The notes: generated by a model from the sequence alone, not told the origin. A DNA stretch of 64,000 nucleotides from Gemmatimonadota bacterium (GCA_039589195.1 JBDHHV010000017.1:11237-75236); one strand, 5' to 3'; positions 1-9,884 are shown, numbered from the stretch's first letter. Numbers and translations: made by a program.

Positions 1-2
1 CG

Positions 3-497
3 TTCCAGCGTCCGCCGGACTTCGAGGGCCCGCACCCGATCGTGATCGATTTCGTGCACGGCACCTACTTCCGCTCCGAGACCGGCCGGCTGACGCTGGT
101 GGGCTCGGTCGATCCGTCGGAAGCCGACGATGTCGTCGACCCGGATGAGTACCCGGAGCACGCCGAGCCCGAGTTCGTGGCCGAGGTGGGCGAAGCGTTC
201 GTGCGGCGGTACCCGGCCATGGAGAGAGCGCTCAGCACAGGTGGATTCGCGGGCCTGTACGCGGTCACCCCGGATTGGCACCCGATTATCGATGAGGTTC
301 CGGCCGGGAGTGGCTGCTACCTGTGCACCGGATTCAGCGGCCACGGATTCAAGCTGGCTCCGGCGGTCGGCTTGATGACGGCGGACCTCGTTACGGGCGT
401 CGCGGAGCCGGAGTTCCCGACGGACGTCTTCCGGTTCTCACGCTTTGCCGAGGGCGAGCTGGTGCGTGGTCGGTACGTCTACAGCATCACGGGTTGA
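3..497 (+). CDS. FAD-dependent oxidoreductase, D-amino acid oxidase / sarcosine oxidase beta-like family (5' partial, runs off the window start)
   Basis: The frame is open from base 3 (FQRPPDFEGPHPIVIDF...). C-terminal DAO-family motifs are present: GLYAVTPDWHPIID, TGFSGHGFKLAPAVG. Confidence 0.85.
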   Translation, partial: FQRPPDFEGPHPIVIDFVHGTYFRSETGRLTLVGSVDPSEADDVVDPDEYPEHAEPEFVAEVGEAFVRRYPAMERALSTGGFAGLYAVTPDWHPIIDEVPAGSGCYLCTGFSGHGFKLAPAVGLMTADLVTGVAEPEFPTDVFRFSRFAEGELVRGRYVYSITG

Positions 498-543
498 ATC
501 GCATCCACCGGGGCGACCGCCTCAGGGCAGGTAACTCCCGGGG

Positions 544-996
544 CTACCACACGGGCTCGTAGCCCTCTGCCACCAGGCTGGGCGGAGACCAGATGTGAAC
601 CTTGCGGGTCGGTCCGTTCTCATCCTCGAGCGCGCCCTCGACGTGGGTCCATGCGAGGATCGCACCCTTGAGGTTGAGGGCGTTCCAGCCCCGGTTGGCA
701 AGCTCCTGTGCGTACAGACCGCTTCGGTGCCCCACCGTGCAATACGCGACCACGGTGGCTCCTTCGTACGCGACCGGGTTGCTGTCGAAGTCGTCCGATG
801 TGATCGCACCGGCGATCATCGAGACCGCTTGCTCGTCGGGCCGCCGTACATCCACGACGACCAGATTCTGCTCGCCGAGCCGCTCCTTCAGCTCTTCCAC
901 GGTCAGCTCGCCGACCTCGGGGAAAAGCCGTTTCGACCTTCGATATACCGCTTCGATCCGTTGTCGCTTCGCCTCGTCGGACCTCGGCTTCCACAT
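544..996 (-). CDS. Single-domain rhodanese-like sulfurtransferase (150 aa)
   Basis: C-terminal part of ORF 544..2271, from ATG at 996 (MWKPRS...). VVVDVRRPDE and active-site loop YCTVGHRS. The upstream part of the long ORF is antisense shadow of the 1096 gene. Confidence 0.85.
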   Translation of the reverse strand: MWKPRSDEAKRQRIEAVYRRSKRLFPEVGELTVEELKERLGEQNLVVVDVRRPDEQAVSMIAGAITSDDFDSNPVAYEGATVVAYCTVGHRSGLYAQELANRGWNALNLKGAILAWTHVEGALEDENGPTRKVHIWSPPSLVAEGYEPVW

Positions 997-1095
997 CTGC
1001 TTTTCTCCCTCGAGGGGGCGTTGCCGAACGCGCACTGAAACGCTTACCTGAGAGCCTGGTCCGATAGGATACAACCAAAAGCGGGGGAAATATAC

Positions 1096-2259
1096 ATGTC
1101 TACCGGGAATGCGAAGAACCTCGTTTTGGTCGGCGGAGGGCACGCACACATCCACGTGCTGGAGCGCTGCATCGAAGACGGACCCCCGGATGCCAGGCTC
1201 ACCCTGGTCGTCGACCGCCGGATCGCCGTGTACTCGGGGATGGTACCGGGCTACGTGGCGGGCCAGTACCGGGCAGAGGAACTCCAAATCGATGCGGTCG
1301 CGCTCGCAGAGCGCGCCGGTGCGGAGGTGGTCCTGGCGCCAGCGACCGGAGTCGATCTCGAGGGGAAGCGGATTCTGATCGAAGGTGGCGAGGGGGTGCC
1401 CTACGACATCGCGTCCTTCGATATCGGATCGACCGTGATCGGACTGGACGTGCCCGGAGTCCTCGAGCACGCGAGGCCCACGCGCCCGATCGGCGAGTTC
1501 GTGCAGGATTTCGAGGCCGTGGTGGAGGAGGCGCGCGCACACCAGGGAGATGACCCCTTCCAGGTGATCGTCGTGGGCGGGGGAGTCGGGGGCGTGGAAC
1601 TGGCGTTCGCCGTCGATCAGCGTCTGCGGGATGCCGTGGGCCGGGCTCCGCAGGTGATTCTCGTCGAGTTCGGGCCTCGCATCCTGTCTCGCTACCCAAG
1701 GTCGATTATCCGGCGCGTGGAGCGCTCGGCGGCGGCACGAGGCATACAGATCCGATGCAACCGCGAGGTGGTGGCCGCCGACGCGGAGTCCGTGCGCCTC
1801 GGCGACGGCGAGCGAATCGGCTGCGACGCGCTGATCTGGGTCACGGGGCCTACCAGCCACGAAGTGTTCCGGGACTCGGAGCTGGCCACCGATGAGCGGG
1901 GGTTCGTGTTGATAAGACCCACGCTCCAGTTCCGCGACTACGATGACCTGTTCGCGGTCGGTGACTGCGCGACTTTCATCGACTATCCCGACACGCCGAA
2001 GGCGGGGGTCTACGCGGTCCGCGAGGGTCCTTACATCACAGACAACCTTTACGCCGCCGTGGAGGGCCGACCGCTCCGCCCGTACAAGCCACAGGGAGAT
2101 TTCCTCACCCTCATGAACCTGGGCGACGGTCGTGCTATCGGGGCCAAGTGGGGGTTGTCGTTCGAGGGTCGCTGGGTGATGCGCTGGAAGGACCGGATCG
2201 ACCGAAAGTTCATGCACCGCTTCCAGGCCCTGGCCGGCATGCTCCCCACACCCGCGTAG
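1096..2259 (+). CDS. Pyridine nucleotide-disulfide oxidoreductase, TIGR03169-like (resembles the N-terminal domain of fused SelD proteins), stand-alone
   Basis: LVLVGGGHAH, YSGMVPGYVAG, second Rossmann motif VVGGGVGGVE, FAVGDCA, PKAGVYAVREG, C-terminal WKDRIDRKFM. No SelD domain follows. Confidence 0.85.
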   Translation: MSTGNAKNLVLVGGGHAHIHVLERCIEDGPPDARLTLVVDRRIAVYSGMVPGYVAGQYRAEELQIDAVALAERAGAEVVLAPATGVDLEGKRILIEGGEGVPYDIASFDIGSTVIGLDVPGVLEHARPTRPIGEFVQDFEAVVEEARAHQGDDPFQVIVVGGGVGGVELAFAVDQRLRDAVGRAPQVILVEFGPRILSRYPRSIIRRVERSAAARGIQIRCNREVVAADAESVRLGDGERIGCDALIWVTGPTSHEVFRDSELATDERGFVLIRPTLQFRDYDDLFAVGDCATFIDYPDTPKAGVYAVREGPYITDNLYAAVEGRPLRPYKPQGDFLTLMNLGDGRAIGAKWGLSFEGRWVMRWKDRIDRKFMHRFQALAGMLPTPA

Positions 2260-2425
2260 GGGGCCCTCCATCCATCCCGGTCCATCGCGCAGCGCCGGGC
2301 GCTCCTCGCGTGTCTTTGGGGAGGCTGCTGGGCTGGATCTTGCCGCTTCGCCAGGGTACGCAGAGGCTCGGCGTCGCGCGAATGACCCCAGGAGGCTGCT
2401 GAAGAACCCTATGCACGGTGAGTAG

Positions 2426-5296
2426 TTGAGCTTCCAACCGCCATCTGATCCGAAGGGGCCCGTGTCATCGACGTCAGTGCCGAGCGGGCTGCACCCGCGA
2501 GTGGCGTTCCTCGCGGCGTGTATCGTTGGCGGCGGCCTGATCGGCGCGTCCCCCCTGCGCGCCCAGGTCGGCGAGTCCGATTCCAGCGCCGGCGACCGCG
2601 ATTCAGGCGTGACGGCCCGCGATGTGCCTACCGCGCTCGCCGTGCGCCGGGTCGAGGCGATTCAGGTCGACGGGCGGGCGGACGAGGACGCGTGGCAGGC
2701 CGCGCCGGCGGCGACCTCGTTCGTGCAGGGAAACCCGAACGAAGGAGCGCCCCCCGCGCAGCCGAGCGCGGTTCGCGTCCTGTTCGACGATGGTGCCCTA
2801 TACGTGTTCGCGCGGCTGTACGAGACCGATCCGGATCGCATCGCCAACCAGTTGGTGCGGCGTGACGAAGAGGGCCAGTACGATTACTTCGAGCTCTCGC
2901 TCGACCCCAACCACGATCACCTGACCGGGTATCGCTTCCGTGTGAGCGCCGCCAACCAGCAGAGCGACTCGTATCTGTTCGGCGACACTCGGGAGGACGA
3001 CAACTGGGACGCTGTCTGGTCCTCCGCCACGAGTCGGGACTCCGTCGGGTGGAGCGTCGAGATGCGGATCCCGCTCTCTCAGATCCGTTACGAGGCGGCC
3101 ACCGGCGCACAGACCTGGGGTGTGAACTTCACCCGCAGGAGACTGGCGTCGAACTCCACGAGCTATTTCTCGCTCCAGTCGCGGACCGTGCGCGGTCGGG
3201 TCAGCCAGTTCGGCGCGCTGGACGGGATCGAGGTCAGCAGCGATGCGCGCAGGCTGGAGATCCTCCCTTACCTCGCCTCGGAATTCCACCGTGCCGAGGG
3301 GGAGCCGGGAGATCCGCTCTTCGATGGGACCGAGTTGACGCCGCGATTCGGGCTCGACGTCCGCGCCGGCCTGGGCACGGCGTTCAGCGTCGATGCCACG
3401 GTCAACCCCGACTTCGGTCAGGTCGAGGTCGATCCGGAGGTCATCAACCTGACGGCCTTCGAGACGTTCTTCCCCGAGAAGCGGCCGTTCTTCGTCCAGG
3501 ACGCGCAGATCCTCAGCTTCGCGCTCGGGAGCCGGTCCGGAGGCGGCGGCGGCGGCGGCGGGTTCAGGGGAGGAGATCAGCTCTTCTTCTCACGACGGAT
3601 CGGCCGCACACCCCACGGGAGCGGGCCGGACGATGCGGACTTCACCGACATTCCGGGCCAAACGACGATCCTGGGGGCGGCGAAGCTGACCGGGCGCACA
3701 GACGGCGGGCTCTCCGTCGGGCTCCTGACCGCCGCGACCGCGGCGGAAAGGGCGGACATCTACTTCGAGGAGGATGGTCTCTTCGACAAGTCGCTTGTGG
3801 AGCCGGCGTCCCAGTTCGGCGTCGCCCGCTTGCAGCAGGACTTCCGGAACGGGGGGACGACCCTCGGCGCGATCGCGACGGGGATGCGCCGGGATCTACC
3901 CTCGAGCGGGGCGTTCGATGACCTGTCATCGAACGCCTATTCGGCGGGCCTCGATTTCGAGCATCAGTGGGGTGGCGCGCAGAACCGGAATTGGCGCCTC
4001 TTCGGGTTCCTCGCCGGCACGCACGTGCGGGGCCCCAGCGATGCGCTGCTCGACATCCAGGAGTCCTCGAACCACTACTTCCAGCGCCCCGACGCCGATT
4101 ACCTCGAGGTCGACTCCACCGCCACTTCCATGACGGGCATCAACTGGCGACTACAGTTCTCGCGTCAGAGCGCGGAGCACTGGACGTGGTCGGTGTGGCT
4201 GGCGCAGATCACGCCCGGGTTCGAGGTGAACGACCTGGGGTTCTCCCGATCCTCCGAGAGACTCGACGGAGGTGCCTCCGTCTCGTACCGGAGCATCGAG
4301 CCCGGCCCGCTGTTCCGGAGCTATTCGGTGCGCCTCACCACGTTCCACAGCTGGCGTCAGGACCTGCTTGACGACTTCTTCGATGCCGGGAACTGGGCGC
4401 AAACCTACAAGCGTGGGACGTTCAGCCTGTCCAGCAATTTCGACTTCCTCAACAACTGGGGACTGAATCTCAGGACCTCGTGGAACCCCCAGAGCCTGAG
4501 CGACACGAAGACCCGCGGTGGGCCGCTGATGACCGAGCCCGGCTCGTTCAGTTTCAACGTCTCGGTGAACACGGATCGGCGAAGGGCGGTGAGCCTCCGG
4601 CCGTCGGTCGAGTATCGACCCCGGTCCCGCGGCAACGGATACGAGGTGAGCACCGGGCTCGGCGTCTCGCTCCGACCGACTTCCAGTTGGGAGATCGAGT
4701 TCCAGCCGCGCTTCAGCCGCCAGCGAACAGGCTCGCAGTACGTTACGGACAGCGACGCCGTCTTCTACGAGCCGACGTACGGCGACCGGTACCTGTTCGG
4801 TGATCTCCTGCGGCACTCGTTCTCCGTGGAGACGCGCATCAACGTCGCGTTCTCCCCCGACCTCAGCCTCCAGCTGTTCGCGCAGCCGCTCGTCTCCACA
4901 GGCGAGTACCTGTCGTATCGCCAGCTCGAGACCTCCGAGACATTCGATTTCCTCGAGTTCGAAGAGGGCGTTGCGACGGAGACCGAGGACGGTGTGCTCT
5001 GCGGCTCCGGCAGTACCTGCGTGCTGGCTGGGGAACGCTACGTAGACTTCACCGGCGATGGGCTGGCGGACGACTCGTTCGGTGACCGGAACTTCAATAT
5101 CCGCTCTCTGCGCAGCTCGGCCGTGTTGCGTTGGGAGTACCTGCCGGGATCGGTGCTCTTCCTCGTGTGGCAGCAAGCGCGTCGGGACGAGTTGGAGAAC
5201 GGGGACTTCAACCTCGGACGCGATCTGGGCGGCATCTTCTCGGCCCCCGGCGAGGACACGTTCATCGCGAAGGCGAGCTTCTACGTAGACTTCTGA
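2426..5296 (+). CDS. DUF5916-type outer-membrane beta-barrel with N-terminal CBM9/DOMON-like domain (copy 1)
   Basis: Signal peptide-like hydrophobic stretch. IQVDGRADEDAW and WSVEMRIPLSQIRY (CBM9-like). VNPDFGQVEVD and FPEKRPFF (DUF5916). C-terminal aromatic barrel end (FYVDF). TTG start uncertain. Confidence 0.8.
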   Translation: MSFQPPSDPKGPVSSTSVPSGLHPRVAFLAACIVGGGLIGASPLRAQVGESDSSAGDRDSGVTARDVPTALAVRRVEAIQVDGRADEDAWQAAPAATSFVQGNPNEGAPPAQPSAVRVLFDDGALYVFARLYETDPDRIANQLVRRDEEGQYDYFELSLDPNHDHLTGYRFRVSAANQQSDSYLFGDTREDDNWDAVWSSATSRDSVGWSVEMRIPLSQIRYEAATGAQTWGVNFTRRRLASNSTSYFSLQSRTVRGRVSQFGALDGIEVSSDARRLEILPYLASEFHRAEGEPGDPLFDGTELTPRFGLDVRAGLGTAFSVDATVNPDFGQVEVDPEVINLTAFETFFPEKRPFFVQDAQILSFALGSRSGGGGGGGGFRGGDQLFFSRRIGRTPHGSGPDDADFTDIPGQTTILGAAKLTGRTDGGLSVGLLTAATAAERADIYFEEDGLFDKSLVEPASQFGVARLQQDFRNGGTTLGAIATGMRRDLPSSGAFDDLSSNAYSAGLDFEHQWGGAQNRNWRLFGFLAGTHVRGPSDALLDIQESSNHYFQRPDADYLEVDSTATSMTGINWRLQFSRQSAEHWTWSVWLAQITPGFEVNDLGFSRSSERLDGGASVSYRSIEPGPLFRSYSVRLTTFHSWRQDLLDDFFDAGNWAQTYKRGTFSLSSNFDFLNNWGLNLRTSWNPQSLSDTKTRGGPLMTEPGSFSFNVSVNTDRRRAVSLRPSVEYRPRSRGNGYEVSTGLGVSLRPTSSWEIEFQPRFSRQRTGSQYVTDSDAVFYEPTYGDRYLFGDLLRHSFSVETRINVAFSPDLSLQLFAQPLVSTGEYLSYRQLETSETFDFLEFEEGVATETEDGVLCGSGSTCVLAGERYVDFTGDGLADDSFGDRNFNIRSLRSSAVLRWEYLPGSVLFLVWQQARRDELENGDFNLGRDLGGIFSAPGEDTFIAKASFYVDF
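3542..3559 (+). repeat. In-frame (GGC)6 microsatellite encoding a poly-Gly loop
   Basis: ggcggcggcggcggcggc read directly; protein SGGGGGGGFRGG. Confidence 0.8.
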
Positions 5297-5496
5297 GCCC
5301 CCCGGATCCCGCGCTCCCAGGTCCCACCCGGGCTCTACTCAACCCCGTCCCGGTGACCCCGCCAAGGTCGCGCCCCGATGCCGCGATCAGTAACCGCATG
5401 CAAGAGAACTACTTACGGCAGCGTTCTGGAAGCCCGCCGGCAGATTGCCTACCTTGGGGCAGTTCAGCTGTTCGGCCCGACTCGGAGGTGCAGGCC

Positions 5497-5914
5497 GTGA
5501 CCCCGCTCCCGCTCGACGATCTGTCATCCGCCTATCACCCACGCCCCGGGGGACTCCCACTGTATGCCGGCGGCGCCAAGGGAGGCCTGCTGGCTGGCAC
5601 GGCCGTGTTCGCGGTCCTGTTTCTCTACGACCTGTTCAGGGTTGGCCAAGTATGCCTTTCTCCATTTCTGCGTCTTCGCGGCGATCGGGATCGGAGCCGC
5701 CCTCTTCTTCCAGCGCGGAAGCGTAGCGGTGAACACGCTGACGGGAGCCCTGTATGGCATCGTCGCGTGCTCCGCGGCGTTCTACACGGGAATCGCGCTG
5801 TTGACGGGGGGCTTTCTGGCCACACCCGACTGGCGCCTCGTGGTCGGGGCCAACGCGGTCGCCGGGGTGATCATGGTCGCCAACCTCCTGGGTGACCGGG
5901 ACGCAGCCTGCTAG
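5497..5914 (+). pseudogene. Small multi-pass membrane protein interrupted by a +1 frameshift near 5638
   Basis: GGAGG RBS (5484-5488) then GTG 5497. Frame 1 reads MTPLPLDDL...GTAVFAVLFLYDLF, then frame 2 continues GLAKYAFLHFCVFAAIGIG... Removing A5638 gives one continuous hydrophobic protein. Could be a sequencing error. Confidence 0.6.
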
Positions 5915-7503
5915 GTTTGCCCGGCTCGCAGCACGCGGTCCAGCGTCATGATGTGCTCCGCCAACGTGCGGCGTAATGCGTTGAAGGAACCGAGGGAGGC
6001 TGCGCGGGCGGGGTCGACCAGCTCGAAGCCGTCCGCCGGAAACGATGTGTCTCGCTCGGCGTATGCGGTCCAGTCCGGGATCACGGACTCCTCCAATCGC
6101 TCCAACAGCTCCGCCGCCGCCTCCGCCTCCCAGATCCCGGTGCCCGTGGCCCTCGCCGCGGCGATCCGCTCCTCCAATGCGATCAGGTACTTCAGGTCGT
6201 CGATCCCTTCCCGACTGCGCTCGTAGTCCAGGGTGGGTCGCAGCGAGCCTTCCCCGGTGTGTATGACCGAGCCTCGCTGGTTCGTTCCGAGATTGTAGTA
6301 CCACTCCAGCTTTCCACCGACCCCGAGCTTTGACATGCGCCAGAAGAAGAACCCGAACGGGAGGCGGCCGCTGCCGGTGTTCACGAACCACGGGATTGCA
6401 CCGGTCTCGCGGCGGAGCTCGGAGAGGAACGTCTCGTTCACCAGCTTGCGGCCCCGGTTGTGGTGATCGATCCCGTCCCACCCGTTGTTGAACGCGGCGA
6501 CGCTCAGGTAGGGCGCCATCTCCATGACCTCCCGGTACCCGTTCATGTCGCTCGTCGTGGCGAGCTCCGGTAGCTCCTCGAAGACCAGGCGCGCGAGCTG
6601 CCCGCCCTCGCGGACCCCTTCGAGGCCGCGGTTGGTGTACTCGTCGCCGATGCTGAACAGGGTGAGTTGACCGCGCTCCCGTGTCTCACGGTATAGCCTA
6701 CGCATGACCTCGATGTACTTCTGTTGGAAGCGCTTCGAGTCGATGGGCCCGTATCCGGGCAAGCGAGTGAGGCTCAGCTGCATCGAGGTCCCGAAGTACA
6801 GCGGTTGTGTGAATCCGGCGACCTGGTAGGCCTCGATGAACGCGCCCAGCTCGGTCGTATCGTCGTCATCGATGGGCAAGTGAAACCCGTATAGCGGAGC
6901 CACGGCCGTCATGCCGTGCTCGCGCATGTCGGCCAGCTGGCGGACTAGCGCCTCCGGGTCGCGCGGGTGGGAGTAGTTGTAGCCGAGCGCGAAGGGCGGC
7001 TCGGCCAACCGAAGCGGGAGCACCTCCAGCACGATGTCGAGGCGGGCGAGAGTCTCCCCCGCGCTCGTTACGGTCACCGTGCCCGCGTAGTCCCCGGGCT
7101 TGGCGTCATGCGGAACTCGGACCGTGAGCCAGAACAGGCGAGCGGATCCGGCGGACAACGTAAGGCTCGGACCGAGATCGGTCAGAACGCTGCGACCCAA
7201 CTCCGGGATGCGCTCCACCGAACGTACCCGCACGTCGGCCGCCGGGATCACACCCATCGGTCCGCTCAGGGCGCTGCCCCTGATGGTGACCTCCTGCAGC
7301 GGAGCGCTGGAGCCCAGGGCGAAGGCGACCGGCTCGTACTCGCCTGGCGCGGCGAACAACCGGGCCGTGCGGTTTCGCTGCCCTCCGAGTGGCTCGGGCA
7401 CCGCGCGCTCCGGCGCCATGTAATCCGTCACGTACAGGTCGATCTCGCGCGCCGGCTCCTGGAGCGCACTCAGAAGCAACGCGACAAGAAGCAGCACGTT
7501 CAT
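5911..7503 (-). CDS. Secreted GH123-like / DUF4091-containing putative glycoside hydrolase (530 aa)
   Basis: Signal peptide MNVLLLVALLLSALQ. N-terminal Ig-like domain (APGEYEPVAF, FWLTVRVPHDAKPGDYAG). Adjacent acidic pair SIGDEY. DUF4091-like C-terminus ERSREGIDDLKYL. Confidence 0.65.
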   Translation of the reverse strand: MNVLLLVALLLSALQEPAREIDLYVTDYMAPERAVPEPLGGQRNRTARLFAAPGEYEPVAFALGSSAPLQEVTIRGSALSGPMGVIPAADVRVRSVERIPELGRSVLTDLGPSLTLSAGSARLFWLTVRVPHDAKPGDYAGTVTVTSAGETLARLDIVLEVLPLRLAEPPFALGYNYSHPRDPEALVRQLADMREHGMTAVAPLYGFHLPIDDDDTTELGAFIEAYQVAGFTQPLYFGTSMQLSLTRLPGYGPIDSKRFQQKYIEVMRRLYRETRERGQLTLFSIGDEYTNRGLEGVREGGQLARLVFEELPELATTSDMNGYREVMEMAPYLSVAAFNNGWDGIDHHNRGRKLVNETFLSELRRETGAIPWFVNTGSGRLPFGFFFWRMSKLGVGGKLEWYYNLGTNQRGSVIHTGEGSLRPTLDYERSREGIDDLKYLIALEERIAAARATGTGIWEAEAAAELLERLEESVIPDWTAYAERDTSFPADGFELVDPARAASLGSFNALRRTLAEHIMTLDRVLRAGQT

Positions 7504-8213
7504 GGGCGGGGGTCGAGTACGAGGGTGGCGTCGTCCAGCCAGATCGTCCCAGCACCCGTCATGTTGAGATAGACGCGGAAGCCCCGAGCACCGGGGCTCA
7601 ACCGGCCGCTCACCTCGATCCGTTCCCACGCGGGTCCTCCGCGCCTGTGCACGGATCCGCTCGCACCTGCGTCAAAGCTCACGAGGAGCTCGTTCTCACC
7701 CGATCCCTTCGCCCAGACCGAGAACCGATAGTCCTGCGATCCCGCGACCGCTGGCAGGATGGGTGTGAAGACCGCGATCCTGCCGGGGGTGCCGGTGGAC
7801 GTTATTCGCGCCGAGTAGCGCCCCGATCGCACGTGCCGGGCCCGATCCTCCCAATGGGCCTCGTACTCCCCTTCCCACCGCCACCCTTGCCACCAATGCC
7901 AGCGCGAGCGGTCATCGCGCGTGTTGCGGTTGATCGCTTCGAAACCGCCGTTTTGGATCAAATCGGGGGGGCTCTCGACGGCGAGCATTGTGGGCTTGAA
8001 GGTCCCCTCGAGCCGTGCAAGGAGCATGTTCCGTCGGCGCTGGTAGGCGGCCTCACTGAGCAGACCAGCCATCTTCTGCACATCGATCGCGGCCAGCGCC
8101 CTCTCGACTCTCTCCTTCGACCACAGCTCCTCCGTCAGGTCGGCTCGGGTCTGAGCGCTCAGACCCGATGTGAGTGCAACGATGCCCAGCCCGCACAGGA
8201 AGGCTCTTCCCAA
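7500..8213 (-). CDS. Secreted protein with a short helical N-terminal region and a CBM4/9-like carbohydrate-binding domain
   Basis: Signal peptide, then DLIQNGGFE...SGRYSARI...YRFSVWAKG...IWLDDATLV, typical of galactose-binding-fold CBMs. Its stop overlaps the start of the downstream GH-like gene. Confidence 0.65.
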   Translation of the reverse strand: MGRAFLCGLGIVALTSGLSAQTRADLTEELWSKERVERALAAIDVQKMAGLLSEAAYQRRRNMLLARLEGTFKPTMLAVESPPDLIQNGGFEAINRNTRDDRSRWHWWQGWRWEGEYEAHWEDRARHVRSGRYSARITSTGTPGRIAVFTPILPAVAGSQDYRFSVWAKGSGENELLVSFDAGASGSVHRRGGPAWERIEVSGRLSPGARGFRVYLNMTGAGTIWLDDATLVLDPRP

Positions 8214-8252
8214 TACTCTCGCTCCTCGTCACTACCGTTGGGCCGTCTCGTG

Positions 8253-8284
8253 AAAAAGCGGGACCGCCGTGAGCGGCCCCGCTT
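8253..8284 (-). terminator. Rho-independent terminator of the TPR lipoprotein gene
   Basis: Minus strand reads aagcggggccgc-tcacg-gcggtcccgctt followed by T residues; 12-bp stem, 50 nt after the stop at 8334. Confidence 0.7.
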
Positions 8285-8333
8285 CCCTGCCGTGAGCGAC
8301 TATCCGCGAGCACCAGACGGCGACCGCGACCGC

Positions 8334-9884
8334 TTACATCGCGAGCTTCTCCATCGCCTCCGCACGGACGAGCGCGAACCCCACGAAGTTGAAGTTGGAC
8401 TCCGCGACCTCCGTCAACAGCGTCCGGGCTTGCTCCGTGTTCCCGGCGCCTTCATGGGCCAGCGCGAGCAGGTACTTGTTGTACACGTTGGCGAGATTCC
8501 CCTGCTCCAGGTGCAGGATGGCTTCGGCCCAATTCTCCCGCTCGAGGGCGATGACCCCCTGCAGCTCGTGGACCGGCTCCATCTTCCTCGGATTGGGATC
8601 GGGCTCTACAAGCCGGGCGCACTCGTCTGCTTTCGCGGCGGCGGTGTCGAAGTCGTTCCTGCGCGCCGCGAGCATGCCATCCCAATACGAGATGTTCGCT
8701 TCCTGGCCTCGGCGGAACTCCTCCGTGCCCACGGTCGCGGCGTCGATCATCATGAACTCGCTCCGCCGCGCGAGCACTCGCTCCGCCGCCGGGAACAGAT
8801 CGTGGTGCAACGTGATGTAGGCCAGATTGGTCAGCGCGTTGATCCTCTGGCCGTTCCGCTCGTGCTCCGGGATTTCGATCTCGCCGCTATCGATGGCCGT
8901 CAGAACGGCTTCCAGCTCGTCGATCGCGGCTTGCGGGTTGCCGGCGTGCACGTGGGTGAAGGCGCGGAAGTTCGCGAAGCCAGCCTTCTGCCCTCCGATG
9001 CCCATGGCGATGGCGGCATCGTAGTCGGCGCGCGCGGCATCGTAGTTCCCCAGGAACGAGTTGATGTGGCCGCGTTTCAGCGTCGGGATCCCGTCGCTCG
9101 GGTCCAGCTCGGCGCTGCGTCCGTAGGCCTCCCGCGACTCCTCGAGCCGCTGCTGTGCTCGCAGGACATCACCCAGCATCTCGACGGGCTGCCCTTCGGT
9201 CGGCGCGAGCTCGACCGCCCGCCGCATATGCTCCTCGGCCAGCGTGTAGTCCTTGGGATCGCTGAACAGGAAGTTGGTGCCGAGTTGCAGGTGCGCGGCG
9301 ATCATGCCGGGCGCCAGATCGATCGCCTCCATCATCGTGGCGCGCGCCGCTTCATTTCGGTTCAGCGTGGCCTGGACTCCTGCCAGGGCCAACCGGGCGC
9401 GAGGGCTCTCCGGGACCAGCTCGACGAGCCTCTGACCCAATTCCAGCGCCCCCTCGATGTCGCTCGCCAGAAACGCCTTGTTGATGTCTATGAGAATCCC
9501 TTCGGCCTCGGTCGCCGTCTCCGAATGCTCGGCCGCCATGTTCGTGTACTCGTTGAACTCATCGAGCGACGTCGCGTTGTTGGCGGCGTTCACGTAGGCG
9601 TGGGTGAACTCCGGGTCCAACTCGATCGCCCGCTTGAACAGGTCCCTCGCCTCGTAGCCCCGGCCCACGTCGGACGCGTACTGACCCTCCATGAAGGCGG
9701 ACCTGGCCTCTTCGGACGTGGTCGTTACCGGGAGGACCATCACGACTTCCGTTCCGTCCATCCCAACCGTCGGGCTGGCCATTTCGGTCGTTTCGGTCAC
9801 CTCACCGGCCTGGTCGCCCCCGCAAGCCACGAGCCCCGACAAGAGCGCGAACGATGCCAGGATGTGAGCGGTGCCTTTCTTCAT
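8334..9884 (-). CDS. TPR-repeat lipoprotein (516 aa)
   Basis: ATG 9884 with AGGAGG upstream. Lipobox LVAC-GG. Multiple TPR-like repeats (ARDLFKRAIELDPEF, AEEHMRRAVELAP, YGRSAELDP). Confidence 0.8.
   Translation of the reverse strand: MKKGTAHILASFALLSGLVACGGDQAGEVTETTEMASPTVGMDGTEVVMVLPVTTTSEEARSAFMEGQYASDVGRGYEARDLFKRAIELDPEFTHAYVNAANNATSLDEFNEYTNMAAEHSETATEAEGILIDINKAFLASDIEGALELGQRLVELVPESPRARLALAGVQATLNRNEAARATMMEAIDLAPGMIAAHLQLGTNFLFSDPKDYTLAEEHMRRAVELAPTEGQPVEMLGDVLRAQQRLEESREAYGRSAELDPSDGIPTLKRGHINSFLGNYDAARADYDAAIAMGIGGQKAGFANFRAFTHVHAGNPQAAIDELEAVLTAIDSGEIEIPEHERNGQRINALTNLAYITLHHDLFPAAERVLARRSEFMMIDAATVGTEEFRRGQEANISYWDGMLAARRNDFDTAAAKADECARLVEPDPNPRKMEPVHELQGVIALERENWAEAILHLEQGNLANVYNKYLLALAHEGAGNTEQARTLLTEVAESNFNFVGFALVRAEAMEKLAM

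Noticed and set aside
997-2271. N-terminal 425 aa of ORF 544..2271 (-)
   Set aside because: Antisense shadow of the 1096..2259 oxidoreductase; only the last 150 aa (rhodanese) look protein-like.
2260-2425. Possible SelD remnant after the TIGR03169-like gene
   Set aside because: No CGGCGAK/UGGCGAK-like motif or SelD similarity is visible in any frame.
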